This document shows positions 27,403 to 46,695 of a stretch of 64,000 nt of DNA, piece after piece (position 1 is the first letter of the stretch; every line of letters starts with the position of its first letter). The DNA is from Chrysomallon squamiferum. Taxonomy: Eukaryota > Animalia > Mollusca. The DNA lies in contig CM022672.1 of the NCBI GenBank assembly GCA_012295275.1, positions 19,964,001 through 20,028,000 of the forward strand, written 5' to 3'. The notes under the pieces were generated by a model. It ran no database searches. It had not been told where the DNA came from and saw nothing but the letters and a program-made list of their open reading frames with translations. The translations under genes and the position numbers were made by a program.

Positions 27403-27778
27403 GAAAACTCAGGTTCACAAAACCTAGATGTATGTCACAAATAAAATGTATTATTTAATTGGTTTGATCATCTAACCAAATATTCTAATAGAAAGTTTTT
27501 CAAAAAAAGTATTTTCTTCTGTCAGTTGACTAAAGCATGTTGTGGAGATGTGAAATGTTGATAATACATGAACTGCAATAGTTAGCTAAAAGAGGTTGTT
27601 TGCTTTTTGCACAGGAGGCAGTGACGGCTCTGTTGTGATGATGGAGAACGAAGAGATGTTTGTGCTAGAGTTGGACCAAGGAGATGGGTGGACGCGTGTG
27701 CGTCGAAATGACGGTTCCGAGGGATTTGTGCCAACATCCTATATTAATATTCACCTTTATGAGTCGGACCAAGTGTGA
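6845..27778 (+). CDS. FNBP1L: F-BAR/HR1/SH3 protein of the FNBP1/FNBP1L(TOCA-1)/TRIP10(CIP4) family, 14 core exons
   Basis: GT-AG, phase-consistent exons: 6845-6868 (MSWGQELW), 9715-9830 (DQYDNVGQHTEKGI), 16238-16288, 17489-17636 (DLAGQHEVIAENL), 18049-18111, 18719-18823 (ADADINLSRAEVEK), 20689-20817, 21319-21465, 21992-22204 (YKSGYSIPEDIPFEDLS), 25698/25701-25813 (EDFSDLPPNQRRRKLQ, HR1), 26236-26368, 26519-26667, 27159-27244, 27615-27778 (SH3: DQGDGWTRVRR...EGFVPTSY). The symbol stands for the family; the gene is likely co-orthologous to all three vertebrate paralogues. Confidence 0.95.
8764..8877 (+). CDS. Candidate alternative first coding exon of the F-BAR gene
   Basis: Open 38-codon stretch MQHLQVAVSLKAGVMKDQPNFTLSELKANLTGTSVSKW ending TGG|gtattt, in phase 0 like the canonical exon 1. 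Confidence 0.55.
10131..11351 (+). repeat. Diverged ~190-bp direct repeat pair (10131-~10327 and 11162-~11351)
   Basis: Both copies read TGACACTAATTATGT.GCCAATCTGTT...AGGTCAG.TGAGGT.AAAAAATAGGACA.TTAATGCAGAC.CCTGTTGTT... Confidence 0.85.
13106..14008 (-). CDS. Secreted protein with two tandem Frizzled cysteine-rich domains; uninterrupted CDS nested antisense in F-BAR intron 2
   Basis: ATG at 14008 in GCACCATGG context, 300 aa. Hydrophobic signal peptide VVVLVLLILDVICNG. Two CRDs of 10 Cys each (CEPVEVPMCKGLVGYNMTRMPNQYGHQNQ...; CSEHLSFFLCGTYMPYC...PCRELCQEVYNAC...WPGKFHCHRFP). No transmembrane or netrin domain. Confidence 0.92.
   Translation of the reverse strand: MDGVVVLVLLILDVICNGRYFTAAQNTQCEPVEVPMCKGLVGYNMTRMPNQYGHQNQNEVYWALQPWWPYMDMGCSPNLRLLLCGMYLPKCTPGSTKVQIPCKETCRRAKNACSLDMRRQGRPWVNYGFRCPSLLSERSRRCIPPAKERKKQRRLQYVICQKNTLSICADNKEPYTYGSVPNMYLQSSVREMEKELEQYKPLIQSGCSEHLSFFLCGTYMPYCTKETRQEIPFVVPCRELCQEVYNACISTYTQQRNGMPWPGKFHCHRFPSYTEAYSKGNNSIPCTMQPYAIPVQRPTG
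23197..23208 (+). CDS. Candidate 12-nt microexon (KHSQ) of the F-BAR gene
   Basis: ttcatctttcttcccctcgc...catcag|AAACATTCACAG|gtctgt, frame-preserving in a phase-0 intron. Confidence 0.4.
23965..23979 (+). CDS. Candidate 15-nt microexon (IIGLL) of the F-BAR gene
   Basis: ttttacttttctccaag|ATCATTGGACTCTTG|gtacgt, frame-preserving in a phase-0 intron. Confidence 0.6.
27365..27397. repeat. (AC)n microsatellite
   Basis: AC run in F-BAR intron 13. Confidence 0.9.
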
Positions 27779-30371
27779 TGAGAACAGAGAACCACATGGT
27801 GCAATTACAACAAGTTGTTGTTCTCACTTTGTGTACACAGTCATTTATATTACACTGGCAGTGGCTGTCATCATGAAGAGTTGCAAAATAAATTTTTTTT
27901 TTTTTTTACAAAACCCAGTTAAACAAAACAATGCCTTTATAAAGCAACTGGTAGGTTGTAATAAAACAAAAACAAATAATAAGTAACATTGAACTGGTCT
28001 GACAAAACTAACAGCCTTTGCCCTGATGTCTTAATAACAGGAACATATGTTTGCTTTTTAGCAAGATGATGTGTTTAGAACATTTTTTTCTGACATGAAC
28101 AGTTACTGCTGTGACATAATTTGCTTCCATTAGTCACTTAGCAATAGCATACTGTATGCCTTCCAGATGGCTGAATGCAAGTTGCAGAACATGATGTACA
28201 TTTCAGCTTTGCTGACAGGAAGCAGTTGCATTGAGTCCCAGAAGAGAATGAGAACACCATTTGATTGCCACAGTCTGACAGACAGGAAAGTGCATTCTCT
28301 TTTATTTGTCAGGTCAACGTATGCTCTTGTTATTGTCAGGGAGGAAGCAAGAATAATGATTCATAAGGTGTTTTAAGTTGTATTTTAAAACACGTCGTTT
28401 TCTTTTTGAATGTCAACTTTACAAAATGAATATTTGACCACGAAGCCCATACAGTACCACCAGCAGAGAAAAGAGGATTAATATTGTCCCCAAAATGATG
28501 AAAAGTGTAACTGTTTTATTAAAGATATTGTAAATAGAATGGAAATGGATTAATAAACTTAAATGATGTTTACAGCATTATATACCACACACAGAAATTT
28601 TCGCTTGATCTTAATTACTATTGTAAGAGGTTGACCACTCATTTTAAAAAACACAGGGAATAGATTCAGTTTTGTAATCTCCTCTGTATGTGAAATGTTA
28701 CTTAATGTTTAATAATTCTTTAAAAATTTTATTTTGAATTCTTTACTGTATATATTTCAAGGCATAAATTACAAATGTCACTTAGAAATTTTATTAATGT
28801 ATCAATTTTAAAATTAGCGTGCTAATTGATTTTGTACATTTTTTTTTTACACATCATGTTAAAGCCAAAAAGAAAATCAAACTTGGATTCATAGTAATTT
28901 TTATTTAGATACATTTTATCAGTCAGTGCTTTGGCTTTTTAAGTCTTAGTTGTTTAAAACAGTTTAATCTTCAGTGTCACTATAGAACTCTATGTCACTA
29001 GTTGGTATTCACTTTTTTTTAACATACACTCATAAGAATGATGCTCCGGTCTTTACATCTTAGTTAGCTCAAATACACACCTACGCAAAATGTGCAATTC
29101 CATTAATCCATTGGTTTTATTTCATCATAATTATTTTTAAAAAAAATCTAAATTGTTACTTTAATTTTTATCGATAAGCAAAAGGTGAGAAAGAAAGGTA
29201 TAATGTTTGTAAACTACTATTAGTTTAGATCATTCTGAAACAACTGTATTGAATTGTCAATAAATATGTAATGAACAGAAAGATTTCATTATTAAAAAGA
29301 AACCAGAGAAGTTTGATTTCAGCTTTAAGTAATGGGCATTATACCAGAAAGAGGCTATGAAAGATAAAAAAACAAAAAACCATTTAGTTACTACCTATAA
29401 TACAAAATATTTTTATACCTTCATATTTTATTTATTTATAACTTTTGTATGTACTCATCCCTTTCTTGTTTTCTTTCTGTTTTTTTTTTTTTTTTTTTCT
29501 TTTTTTGTTAAAAATACAATTATGTCCATTACTAATTTACATTAAAATTGAAAAAAATTCTCTTTAATTTACATGTTATTTTTTTTTGTCAGTAACACCT
29601 TTTTTTGTTGTAAATTTGTATATTGTTTTTTGCTCTTGACCCACCGTGATCATTCCTTGTTTATGTTACTTTGCTATATTTAAGATGTTACTTGTTGTAA
29701 AATTTCATAGTATAAAGCCCAGTGTAAGCAGAGCTCTGTTGTCAGTTGATAATTGTTTTTAATGTTTCCTGCTTGTTTGTTTTTTTAATAGGTTATCTGT
29801 TCTGTTGACTGCTTGCCCCTGGTTAGAAGTGTTGCATTTTTGTGTTTGGAAACATGTGAAAATGTTTGTGTACATTTTATTCACTTCAGAAGGTGCAAAA
29901 TATTATATTTTATAAGGTAATATAATAAAAAAAATAATAATAATAAACTATAACTTCATATTAATTGTAAATATAGGATGAATAAGCCAATTCATTCACT
30001 TAGAAAATATACAAGAAATAACAGTTTTAGAAAAGTTGAATATATGTACATGCTGCACATGTATTGTTTATTGGAGTGAGAAGAGACAGTAGAATATATT
30101 ATCCCAGGTCATTGTAAAGATTCATGTAACAAATATGCACAATATATCACATAGAAAAGGCGCATGTAGTAATTAGTGTGTGTGTGTACAACAGTACCAG
30201 TGGGTCTGGAAGAAGTTCGGTTCTTATTAAAATTAGTTAAAAAATAATAATAATAAATTCTGTAACTAAATGAAAACTGAAGTGACCAAATTATTTCTCT
30301 TTCAATTATTCATATTATAATCTTTAAATGTTAAGTTTGTTTTTATAGTGTGAAAATTATTTGTGAAGTGT

Positions 30372-30406
<35 letters not shown>

Positions 30407-31076
30407 ACTGACCAGGTAATGATGTTGAAGGTGTTGAAAGAAACATGTTGGTAGAGAGTGTTTGAAGTGAAAGTTATTTAGTCCAAAAGAAATATACATA
30501 TCTTAAGTGATTATTAATATTTAAATGTGTCAGCCATTGTGTGGAAACACTGACACTTCACTTTAGAAATGCGTTTTGTTTGTTTTCTTATTTAAGTAGT
30601 GATTTGTAACAAAAAACTTATTTGTTAACCAGAATAATATGGATATTTACATAGATAATGTCACGTTTAAAGTTGTAATCCATATTAACTCCTCAGGAAA
30701 AAATTGTAACCAAATTATGTTTGTAGATATGGCAGCAAAATAAAGTTTAAAAATTATTTAAAAAATTAATCAAAATAAATATGTATATTTTGAAATTAAT
30801 TTATTTACTGTCAGTTGTGAATAATTTTTGGTGTAATATTTCTTTTTCTATCTTGTTAGGCTTTTCTCTTTTTTTTTTGGTTGAATTTGTGTCAATTTTT
30901 ATTCTTTTTACACTGATCTTTAAAAAAAAAAAAATAATAATAATAATAATGAAATTAAAAATCTAATAATACTACAAACTGTTAAAAATCTTAACAAAAT
31001 TGTATTAAATTGAAATTGTACTCATTATACAAAGTATTAAATGGATATACAATCACAAATGGAGAACAACAATCAT

Positions 31077-31118
<42 letters not shown>

Positions 31119-31863
31119 CATGTATTTTAAGAGAAGGCAAGACATTTAATATATATGTACATAGGTAGATCCAGTATTAAAGAATAGTTTTCAGGATACA
31201 GTTATCAGCATGAAACAGATTTGATCATACAGGTAAAAATATTAGTTAAAGTCACCATATAACTAGACAGAAATAAAAGTTACTTGATTGTTAGAGAATC
31301 ACCTTTTTTATGAAAAATTAATAATAAATAAATAAATAAAATTTAAAATGTTAAGAGTACATACTATCATGAATTGTAGAAAATATTTAGCTAACAAAAA
31401 CTTTTTTCTTCTTTTTTTTTAATCGGCTTTTCCATGATAGTTTATTCTAAAAATTTGTTTTTAGGAGTCCTGTCAGTTTACTAAAAATTAAAAAACTGAC
31501 TACATCCTGAAAAATTGATTTTATTATTTATCTCTGCCAAAGTATTGTCAAGAGATAAATACGGCTTGTTGATTTTACAGAATGGTAGATTCCAATTGTG
31601 AATAATATATTTTATAGATGTATTAAAAAGAAATTATAATGAATAAGTTACAATTCCTGTCATATTAAGGAATATTTCATTAGTGTACTGGAGCAACTTT
31701 TGACATTCAAAAAAAATTTAAAAATGAAGAAAAATATTTATGGTTTATAAAGGGACTATTTAATAAGTAATTGCAGAATCAGGTTTTGGGGGATTTTAAG
31801 TAACTCATGAGTCAACATTGGGCTTAATGATAATTATCTTGCCTTCAGTGTTTAGAAATATCA

Positions 31864-31900
<37 letters not shown>

Positions 31901-34900
31901 ACTAATGAAATTGAAGCTTTTGTGTACACTGTGTGCTTTTGCTAAAATTAATATTTAAAATTTTATATGTTGCAATTTCATGAACTTATTATTATTCTGG
32001 TTTTATTTGTAAATATATATTTTTTAATGCTAATGTTTATTAAGTCAAGGACTAATTAACATGTCAAGTAATTATCACAGAAGGCCTTGATTGGTAGTTT
32101 TTACACTACAAAGTTGGTCTAACATTATTAATTGTGCCAGAGGGGCACCAATCTCATCACATGCTGCGATTATAGTATTGTATAAATGCTAAGTTTTTAT
32201 CCAGTTACTAAAGAGCTATGTGTAAACTACAGAATCAGTCCTGATGTTTTTAATCAGTATTTGAATGTCGAGCGAGTGTATTAGTGAGGTATCCTTTTTA
32301 TTATAAACAATTGTGTACAAAGCTGATTTAATTAAAGCTTATAAGTATACAGTATCATCTTACATATGTATTATTAAAACTTTTTTTTTTTAACCAATTT
32401 TGATTTTTGTTATTATTTTTCTAATGTGTTAGTGAAGATATGACTGGGTGGGTTTTTTTTCAGAGCACACAGTATGCAGTTTCAAGATATAATGGTCAGA
32501 GAAAGTCATTAGTATGTACTGGATTAAACATACATAAAAATATATTTAAAATTTAATCAATAAGGGTTATGCAGAAACATTATGAGAGTAACTTAGGAAC
32601 AATATTAAAAGTCCTGAGTACTCATTAAAAATAAAAGATAAATATACACCTCTGATAATTGTGGCAAGGAAACTGGGTTCTGTTATGCAACCTCATTTCA
32701 GAGTGCAAGTGAAATTAAAGTTCCAGTGAAAACAAGAAACTGCTGATAGTGTGCAGGATAAGCATTCTGATGTTAGCTGTAACTACTACTTCAGATACTT
32801 GCCATTTTATAACTAACAGGAAAAAATAAATATTGTTTAATAAAGAAACTCAAGTGCAGAGGAGGAGGAGTAGCTTTATTATCAGGAATGAAATAGAAAT
32901 ATACAAATAGTAATACACAAGAACAAGTAATCATTTACAATGCAGAAATGATAGAGACAGACAGAAACTGTGAAAGAAAATATTGAGCAAGTGAAAGCAT
33001 TAGCTAATTTACTTCAACCTGTACATACACAAGTGTGCGTTTATGTTTTACTTATCTGGGACTTTTCAAAAACCAAATCCCCATAATAAAACTAGAGTAG
33101 TTCTTTTTACTTGGTTTCTTCAGTAAAGTAATAAAATATTAAATATTAACAGTTTTAGATTAAAACTTCATACATTTTTTAAATTATGTCAGTATATATT
33201 TTCACCCTTCCTTGAAATAATAGAATATGTATTAATTCTGTTACAAAGTTTTCCCCAAAGTGAAATTTAACATGGTATTAAATAAAATGATAAACTTTAG
33301 AATAAGGGCTATGTGTTATATGTTGTTCAGTATAATGTATCTGACATATAGGTTTTTTTTATATTTTTTTTATTATATGAAACTGATATGGTACAAAGTA
33401 ATTTCAAAACATATACCAGACCTTAATCAGTTAACACAGATGGGGAAAACATTACTGTTTGATATGAACTTAACATTAAGGGAATATGACATCAGTACAA
33501 TAAATACAAGGACTGACATATCAAAAAAATAAATAAATAACTGCATTGAAATATCAATTTTAATAAAAGAAATACATATGTTTACAGTCAAAATTTTATA
33601 GTATTAAAATTATACACCGGCTATAAAATAAATGTTAACATAAATAAATCACTTCTCACCAAGACAAAACAGTTGACAATAATTTTTTTTTTTTTTTTCT
33701 GTAAACAACCTACAGTTTACACATATTTTAAGTAAATATTTTGAAATGATTTGTCTAAAGAATAAATTATTAATAATTTATTGTAAAAAACAATAAAGTA
33801 AAAAATGAAAAAAAAATGAACTGTCTATTTTAGTTTTTAATTTTTATCTATCCATTTTAATTATCTGCAATTCAAAATCTCAGCTCCACCACTGAGTTAC
33901 AAGTTTTTATGTGACAGATCCAGAATTTTAGAAACTGTCCATCCTAGCATGTATATGTAACTAGGATAAAATTAATTCTATGAAGATTACAAAACCCACT
34001 AACAAGACAGGCCAAAAAAAAAGTAAACTTATTGTCTATGGAACAATTTTCAAAGTGAATTGGCATCTATTAAAGAAGTCAGGTAAACCCAACAAGTATT
34101 AATTTGACGTGCTAATCTTAATTAATGTAAAATTTAACTGCTACACAAGAACTGTAATCTTATTAAGAAACCTTACAAAATATCTGAGAAATAAGTAAAT
34201 TTCCTATAAATTCACATTAACACTTGAAGGAAATTCTGATTAAAACATGAAAAATTACAATATATTTACTTGCCTGTTAAGCTATTTTGTGACTAATTTT
34301 GAAATAACAATTGTGCGTAATAGTGTTTGTCAAAAACAGGGTTTTTTTGGGGGGGTGATCTGCTAAATTCAGTTATAGATTGTGTTGAAGTACTATTACA
34401 ATTAAATTCATCCAGTGCAAAAGCTACATAGCAGGAACATACAATTTGCTTCATTTTAATGAAGATAAAGCATTAATACAATAATAAAATTAATGCACAA
34501 GCTTCAAATCAAGGGTAGTTATATATAACTGAATCTCATTCATACACATTCTAAACCTGATAAAATACTGTTCAAAACTGACATGCCTTTTAAGTGTTCA
34601 GAATGTAACACATATTTTAATTCTGAAGAAACATATAAAATAAAATATTCTAAACATTTCCAAGAAATGCTAAACCACAGATCTCCATGAATCCTAGTTC
34701 TTTCCTAAATATACTACCATTTATACCAATACTCAAGCATTCATTCAGTGTTAAAGCTTAGTTTGTAAACTGTAATAGCTTCCAGATCTAGATAAATGCA
34801 TCTAAATATTATACTTCTGAAAACAGAAAAAAAAATAATAAATTGAATCAAAATGGGCATTTTAATATTATTCCTAATAAATGCAACTTTCACTGCAAGA

Positions 34901-35378
34901 AAGAGCAAGAGCTAAATTTGTAAACATCCACTTTCTACATCTGGAAATTTATCGAAATATTATGTATAATTTTCAAAAATTGTTTTCAGCACAAAATATT
35001 CCACCCTCTTAAATGAAGATGTTTGTATACCTAATATCGATTAGTAACAGATCAATCAAAATATGGGGAGGCTCAGCCTCTTTATACTCAATAATGCCCT
35101 ACTGGGGTCCCTAAGGACTAGAGATTAAAACCCAATACTTCAAATGCCTAAAGGTGTTTAAACATGGGAAGGGTATTCTACTCTAAATTTTCAAATGACT
35201 AAATCAATATAAGTGGAAGCTTGGTTTATAAAAAGGTGGAAAGTGTGTAGACTTAGCACTCTGTTATGAGACATTCAGATATCGATCAACATAATTAGTT
35301 ACTTAAAAGTTAAAAAACAAAACTGCATTAAAAAAAACAGCATTAATAACAATCACAAACAATATATTAAAATGTAAT

Positions 35379-35527
35379 TAGGGCGATGCCAGAAAGGGAT
35401 GGCAGGGGTAAAGGTCCAGTCTAATCCATGGAAGTGACCTTCCATTTCAGGCTTTATCCCAAATCACACTTCACCCATTTTATCACACCGAATCCCACCA
35501 CCAACACAAATTCTAGATCTGACCCTG
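35379..35527. mobile_element. Possible degenerate MITE remnant
   Basis: GC-richer patch with weakly inverted ends (TAGGGCGATGCCAGAA / TTCTAGATCTGACCCTG). Confidence 0.25.
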
Positions 35528-36417
35528 AGATATTTGGTAAAAACAAAAACAAAACAAAAAAAAATCACATACATGCCACTGAAATAAAAATATAAAACGT
35601 TCTTGTTCACTTTTACCCCTTTAAGCATGTACTTTAGGCCATTACATATAATCCATTTCAAACCTATTTGGTTCAGTACGGTTTTATCAAATACAACAAT
35701 AACCAAAATTCAAATTTATTAACAATGAAACAATTATGTCAGCACAATGAGATCATGAAGATAAATAACATCACAAGAATTAGCAGCAGAAAATGATATT
35801 TAAAGTTTTTATCAATGAAACATTTATATTAATCATGTATGTATAGGTAACAGCATGAGAAAACATACTGATTTTAAAACAAAAGTAAAGTCTAAATGTT
35901 GCTGAAAACTAAAAGTTTTATGAATTTTATTTATGATTAATTAGCTATGTGCACAAAAGTGCATGAAAATAAACTTTTACTAAAGTAAAAAATTATTTTT
36001 GCCATTTATATCAAAACTTAAGATATATGTTAGCAATAAATATTTACTGGAAATGATTCACTTAGACAAAATGATCACAGTTTAAAGAACCTGCCCCCCA
36101 AGAGCTATCAAATCCATGAATTAATGATATTATAAAATAGCACTAGTATTAGAACTACTACTAGATAAACAAGCAGATGGTTAGCAAAGTTGCCGCATCT
36201 ATCAGTCTTGCAGCCTTATTTACTGTATATGACTTTACACGTTAGGTTTTCAAGAATTACAAACATTATTAAAGCCAGAATTTGATCTCAGGACAATCTT
36301 TTCTCAATAGACTAACTTTTCTTCTTTTTTTTTTTTTTTTTTTCTTAAAACCCTTCTCTGTCTGGGAACTCTTACCAACCTCTAAGAGAATCCCCAATGT
36401 CAAACACTGTTCTAGAC

Positions 36418-36702
36418 CAGGAGTCTCAAACACTCAGCCCACAGACTAATTGTAAGTGGCCCACGATCATCACTTTGTTTGCATGTAACATCATTCTGTT
36501 ATTGCCACAAGCTTGCTGTATTTCAGAAAATAAGATCTGATATTCAATAAAATGTCTGATGTATTTACATTTATTCATTTATTAGCTTTGCTGTGTAGCT
36601 CCTGAAAATGATAACACCCACACCTCCCCATTCCATACATGTATTCTTGGCCCGCTGTACCTATATAATGGCCCTTTACTTTCCTTGCGTTCGAGACCCC
36701 TG
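36418..36702. mobile_element. Non-autonomous hAT (Charlie-like) DNA transposon/MITE, 285 bp
   Basis: Terminal inverted repeats CAGGAGTCTCAAAC / GTTCGAGACCCCTG, subterminal GGCCC motifs, and degenerate 8-bp flanks TTCTAGAC / TTCTAATA resembling the NTCTAGAN target of Charlie elements. Confidence 0.7.
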
Positions 36703-38143
36703 TTCTAATACAATAATAAAAAAAAGTTACTGAAACGATCTGTTAGCATCATCTAAAGTACATCTTCCAACAATCAAAATGAATGTGTTTCTAGGTAAAG
36801 AAAAGAATAAAATTTTATAAAGTGTTATTTCCCAAAACTGTTTGGGCCATATAAACATGAAGACAAAATATCTCAACCAGAAAAAAGACCTAATTTGTTT
36901 ATTATATTTACAAATTTTGACTGTGTATGCATGTTTATATATATGTACATATGCATATATATACACACAGTACATTTATGTATATGATTAACAAGATTAT
37001 AGAAAAAAGTGCAGGAGAGAAATTTAAATTGAACATGTTTTTATTATTTTGTTAAAATGTGCCTGGAAAATATAAATTTCTACAAGTGGATGATTTGACT
37101 ATGTTATGCCAAATCCAAGCATAAAGTCTAATATTTCACAACCATGACTATTCACAAAATAAACTTAAGGATATATATACTAAATTTTAAAACATTTCAA
37201 TTGATATTTACTGATGTCTGTGATAGCAGTTTCAGTTCTATATCTCTGGCTCTTGGATAACAAGTGTGTATTCCATTGTCTAAAATGCTAGTCAAAATAT
37301 GAAAAGTTGTCAAAGCCTGTTCACGCTACAAATAAGAAAATCTCACAATGACGAATTCAGCCAAGAGACATTAAGCATCTCACTCTTCAAAAAATGCAAA
37401 CAAAGGTGCATTAAATTAAAATATAATTCATCTGAATATTTGTTAAAATTAATTTTAAGCATTTCTTCAGTTATAAATATAAAATAAAATAAACAAAAAA
37501 AAAATACCATAGACCCTATTTTCCATTTAACATCTTCACCCATTAAAGCTATTTCTGGGTACAAATGAAGATACCAGACACATTTTTTTTTTTTTAACTC
37601 TTTGCAGTTACTTCATAACACAGGCATATGAACATTTCTTAACACTGTGGATCAAATTTCAAAGAGCCTCCTGTGGACTGATTCTGAAAAGCTCTCTGTG
37701 TTTGTCAACGTTTTCACAGAGACATGAAAGAGGATAGACAATAAACTACACACAGAACCGTATTTATCACAGCCTTTATAACCATAAGCTTGTCGTTATT
37801 AAGGCAACTGTTGCATGATTTAAAGAAGTAAATAATAACAAAAATAAAACTAATACAACTAATCTGTTACATAAGTAATCTACAATGAAGGTTTATTCCT
37901 AGGTTATGCTAAGAAATTAAATAAATCTGCGTATGCTTTTTTGTGTTTTTCTCACCAACTACTCATGATTAAACATAACAATAACTTTCTGGTTGCATTC
38001 TGCAACAAAATGCTTGGTTAAAAGAAAATCAAGTTCTGCTTTTAGACTGGACGTCATGGTGTCAGGTCATGAACTGATGTCTAAGCAGTGCATTGGAATA
38101 GTTTTTCACAAGAACAAAATAATTATTTAAAATTTGTATATGC

Positions 38144-44219
<6,076 letters not shown>

Positions 44220-45442
44220 GGCTTTAACATAGGACGATGAACTCTAATTGTATATAATCCTCCATTAAAAGTTACATTACCGACGAGAATCACTCCTCTT
44301 GATTCGATTGGATGAAATTCTGTGTAACAAACTAACTACTCTCTCTTTCCCAAAGAAGTGTGAAGCTAATTATTTTGATTCTATATTGATTGTGAAGGAG
44401 CATTACACATTTTAAATATATATATTTTTTTATCCCCTCCAAAAAATTAATATAAATAAATAATAAATAAATAATAATAAATAATAATAATAAGATGAAG
44501 AATATAAAATTGAAAAAAAAAAACAACAACAAACAGAAAAGCAATACATAATATATTAATTATCTCTTTTGTGTAAAATAATGCAGACTTTCAACACTAT
44601 AAATGATTATGCCTCACTATTGAACATAAAGCCAAAATGCATTTTTATACATTGTACTTTAGAGTGATTGTAATTATTGTTGTTGTCGCGTTGATGTGGT
44701 GGGGTTTAAATGTGTTGCTGTTTAATCTTTTTAATTAGTTTCTCTTATAATAATAATTATTATTATTATTAAAACATTATTTTATTTTATTTATTTATTT
44801 ATTTATTTATTGGATTCTGTTTGATTTATTAGTGTTCATTTATTTTAATTCTTTATTATATATACCTCTTCTTTTTTTCTTTTTTTTAAATTCACATTTA
44901 AAACATCTTATGTATCGAGAAACTATGCTTCCTATTAAATATGTATTTAATCGTGATTAATAGTAATACTAACAACCTATCACTTATACTATCAGTGATC
45001 GAATTAGCTTGTTTTTGTGTTGGTGTATATTTTTTTGTTAGCGCATAATTATGTCCATTAAAACTTAAAAGGCTTTTGTTTGTCAGACAAATTCTAGGTG
45101 CAAAACTAAATTTAAAAACATATACATAAAAAGAACACAATATCAATGATTAAAATGTAATTTATATTAAACCAATGAAATATGGCTGTGGGTTTTCGTT
45201 GTTTCTTTTAACAAATAAATAAACAAAGGCAACGCGACGACAAAGATAGAAAGAAAGAATATATGATAAAATCGGTGGAGATAACAATTTAAGAAAAAAG
45301 ATAATGATAAATTTACACACACACACGCATATATATATTCTTATTAAAAACAGGTGTATCGTCTGTCATACTCACAAAAAGTCTGTAACTTCAAAATTTA
45401 CAGAAATAAACGGACCAGATTTAAAAAAAAAAAGTATTGTTA

Positions 45443-45570
45443 TTTATTATTATTATTATCATCATCATTATCATCATCATTATTATTACCATTATTTTTA
45501 TTATTATTATTAAATTATTATTTATTATTATTATTATTATTATTTAATTATTATTTATTATTATTGTTAT
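45443..45570. repeat. (TAT/CAT)n trinucleotide low-complexity repeat
   Basis: Visible trinucleotide runs; they explain the spurious poly-Y/H/L ORFs here. Confidence 0.85.
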
Positions 45571-45691
45571 TTCAATCATTTTTACTAGTAGTGGTTGTGG
45601 TAATAACAGTAGTAGTAATAGTGGCAGTAGCAGTAAAATGGTAAACAACTAAAATATACGATGATAATGTATTGTTTTTTAAATATTATTT

Positions 45692-45696
<5 letters not shown>

Positions 45697-45748
<52 letters not shown>
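45697..45748. repeat. (AG)n microsatellite
   Basis: Uninterrupted AG run between the divergent SCaMC and MEGF8 starts. Confidence 0.95.
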
Positions 45749-45750
<2 letters not shown>

Positions 45751-46686
45751 AATACATTAACTACTGTTATATCAGTTTTTAAATATAATGTTTGTTTAAT
45801 GAATATTACTCCAGATAACCTAAAATAAGTATGTTTCTTCTAGAGACATTAGGTGATAAATAATAAAACTATTAATATTTCGTATTTGTGATTCAGTTAA
45901 TTAACAGTCCTATCAAGCCGCAATATGTCAACGATTGCATAGTATTTATAACGAATTGTGTATTAAAGATCTTGATATGAATTTTCCTGTTTATGTGAAT
46001 ATGCATACAAAATTATCTATCTGCTAACGACTGATAAGTAGTATCGAATTTCGTTATACATATCATAATGCAAAAAACTAATGATTTCATCTATTACTAT
46101 TCTTTTACTTTATTTTAGTATATTTAATGACCACTTACGAGATCAAATAAAAATAAAGATTCGCACATTGAAAGAATAAAGATTTGGGAAGTTAATATTC
46201 ACTGAGCTTTTTGTAGATTACTCTTATTAATATACACTAATTAGTATTATATACTAATATATACTAACCTATTTATTGTTATTATTATAAAATTAATTGT
46301 TTGTAAAATGACATCTCATCCACGAAACACGATTTATATCTATTCTGAGGAGGACAGATAATTTTGTTTGTGGTTACTATTATTTTAAACTAAGATCAAT
46401 ATGAACTTACCTGTAAGTTTTATTCGCTATAAAATAGATATATTAAGTGAGTAAATATTATTTGATAAATTTATGTAATAATAAAAAAATCACCAAAATC
46501 AGTAATAATTATCATAAATAATCATGTAATATTAGGCTTAAATAAATAGTAAGTAAATAAAAGTCTCTAACAACAAAATATGCAAAAGATAAAATTTAAA
46601 TGCTTATGAAATATAGTATCCGTATAGCAATATGTAGATTAATCAGAAGGGAAGAAAGTTTATTGGAATGTCGTATCGAGAAAATC

Positions 46687-46695
46687 AGCCAATCA
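46687..46695 (+). promoter_or_regulatory. CCAAT box upstream of MEGF8
   Basis: AGCCAATCA (NF-Y consensus) in a CpG-retaining patch about 400 nt upstream of the ATG. Confidence 0.45.

Noticed and set aside
27776-27986. Stop-codon readthrough or an overlapping 100-aa ORF at the F-BAR C-terminus
   Set aside because: Tandem TGA TGA stops with no readthrough motif; the overlapping ORF runs into low-complexity UTR sequence.
45304-45644. ORFs with poly-Tyr/His/Leu/Val, and the many other 60-110 aa F/I/L/K-rich ORFs in the track
   Set aside because: Translations of microsatellites and poly-A/T intronic tracts, or alternative-frame shadows of real exons, often with non-ATG starts.
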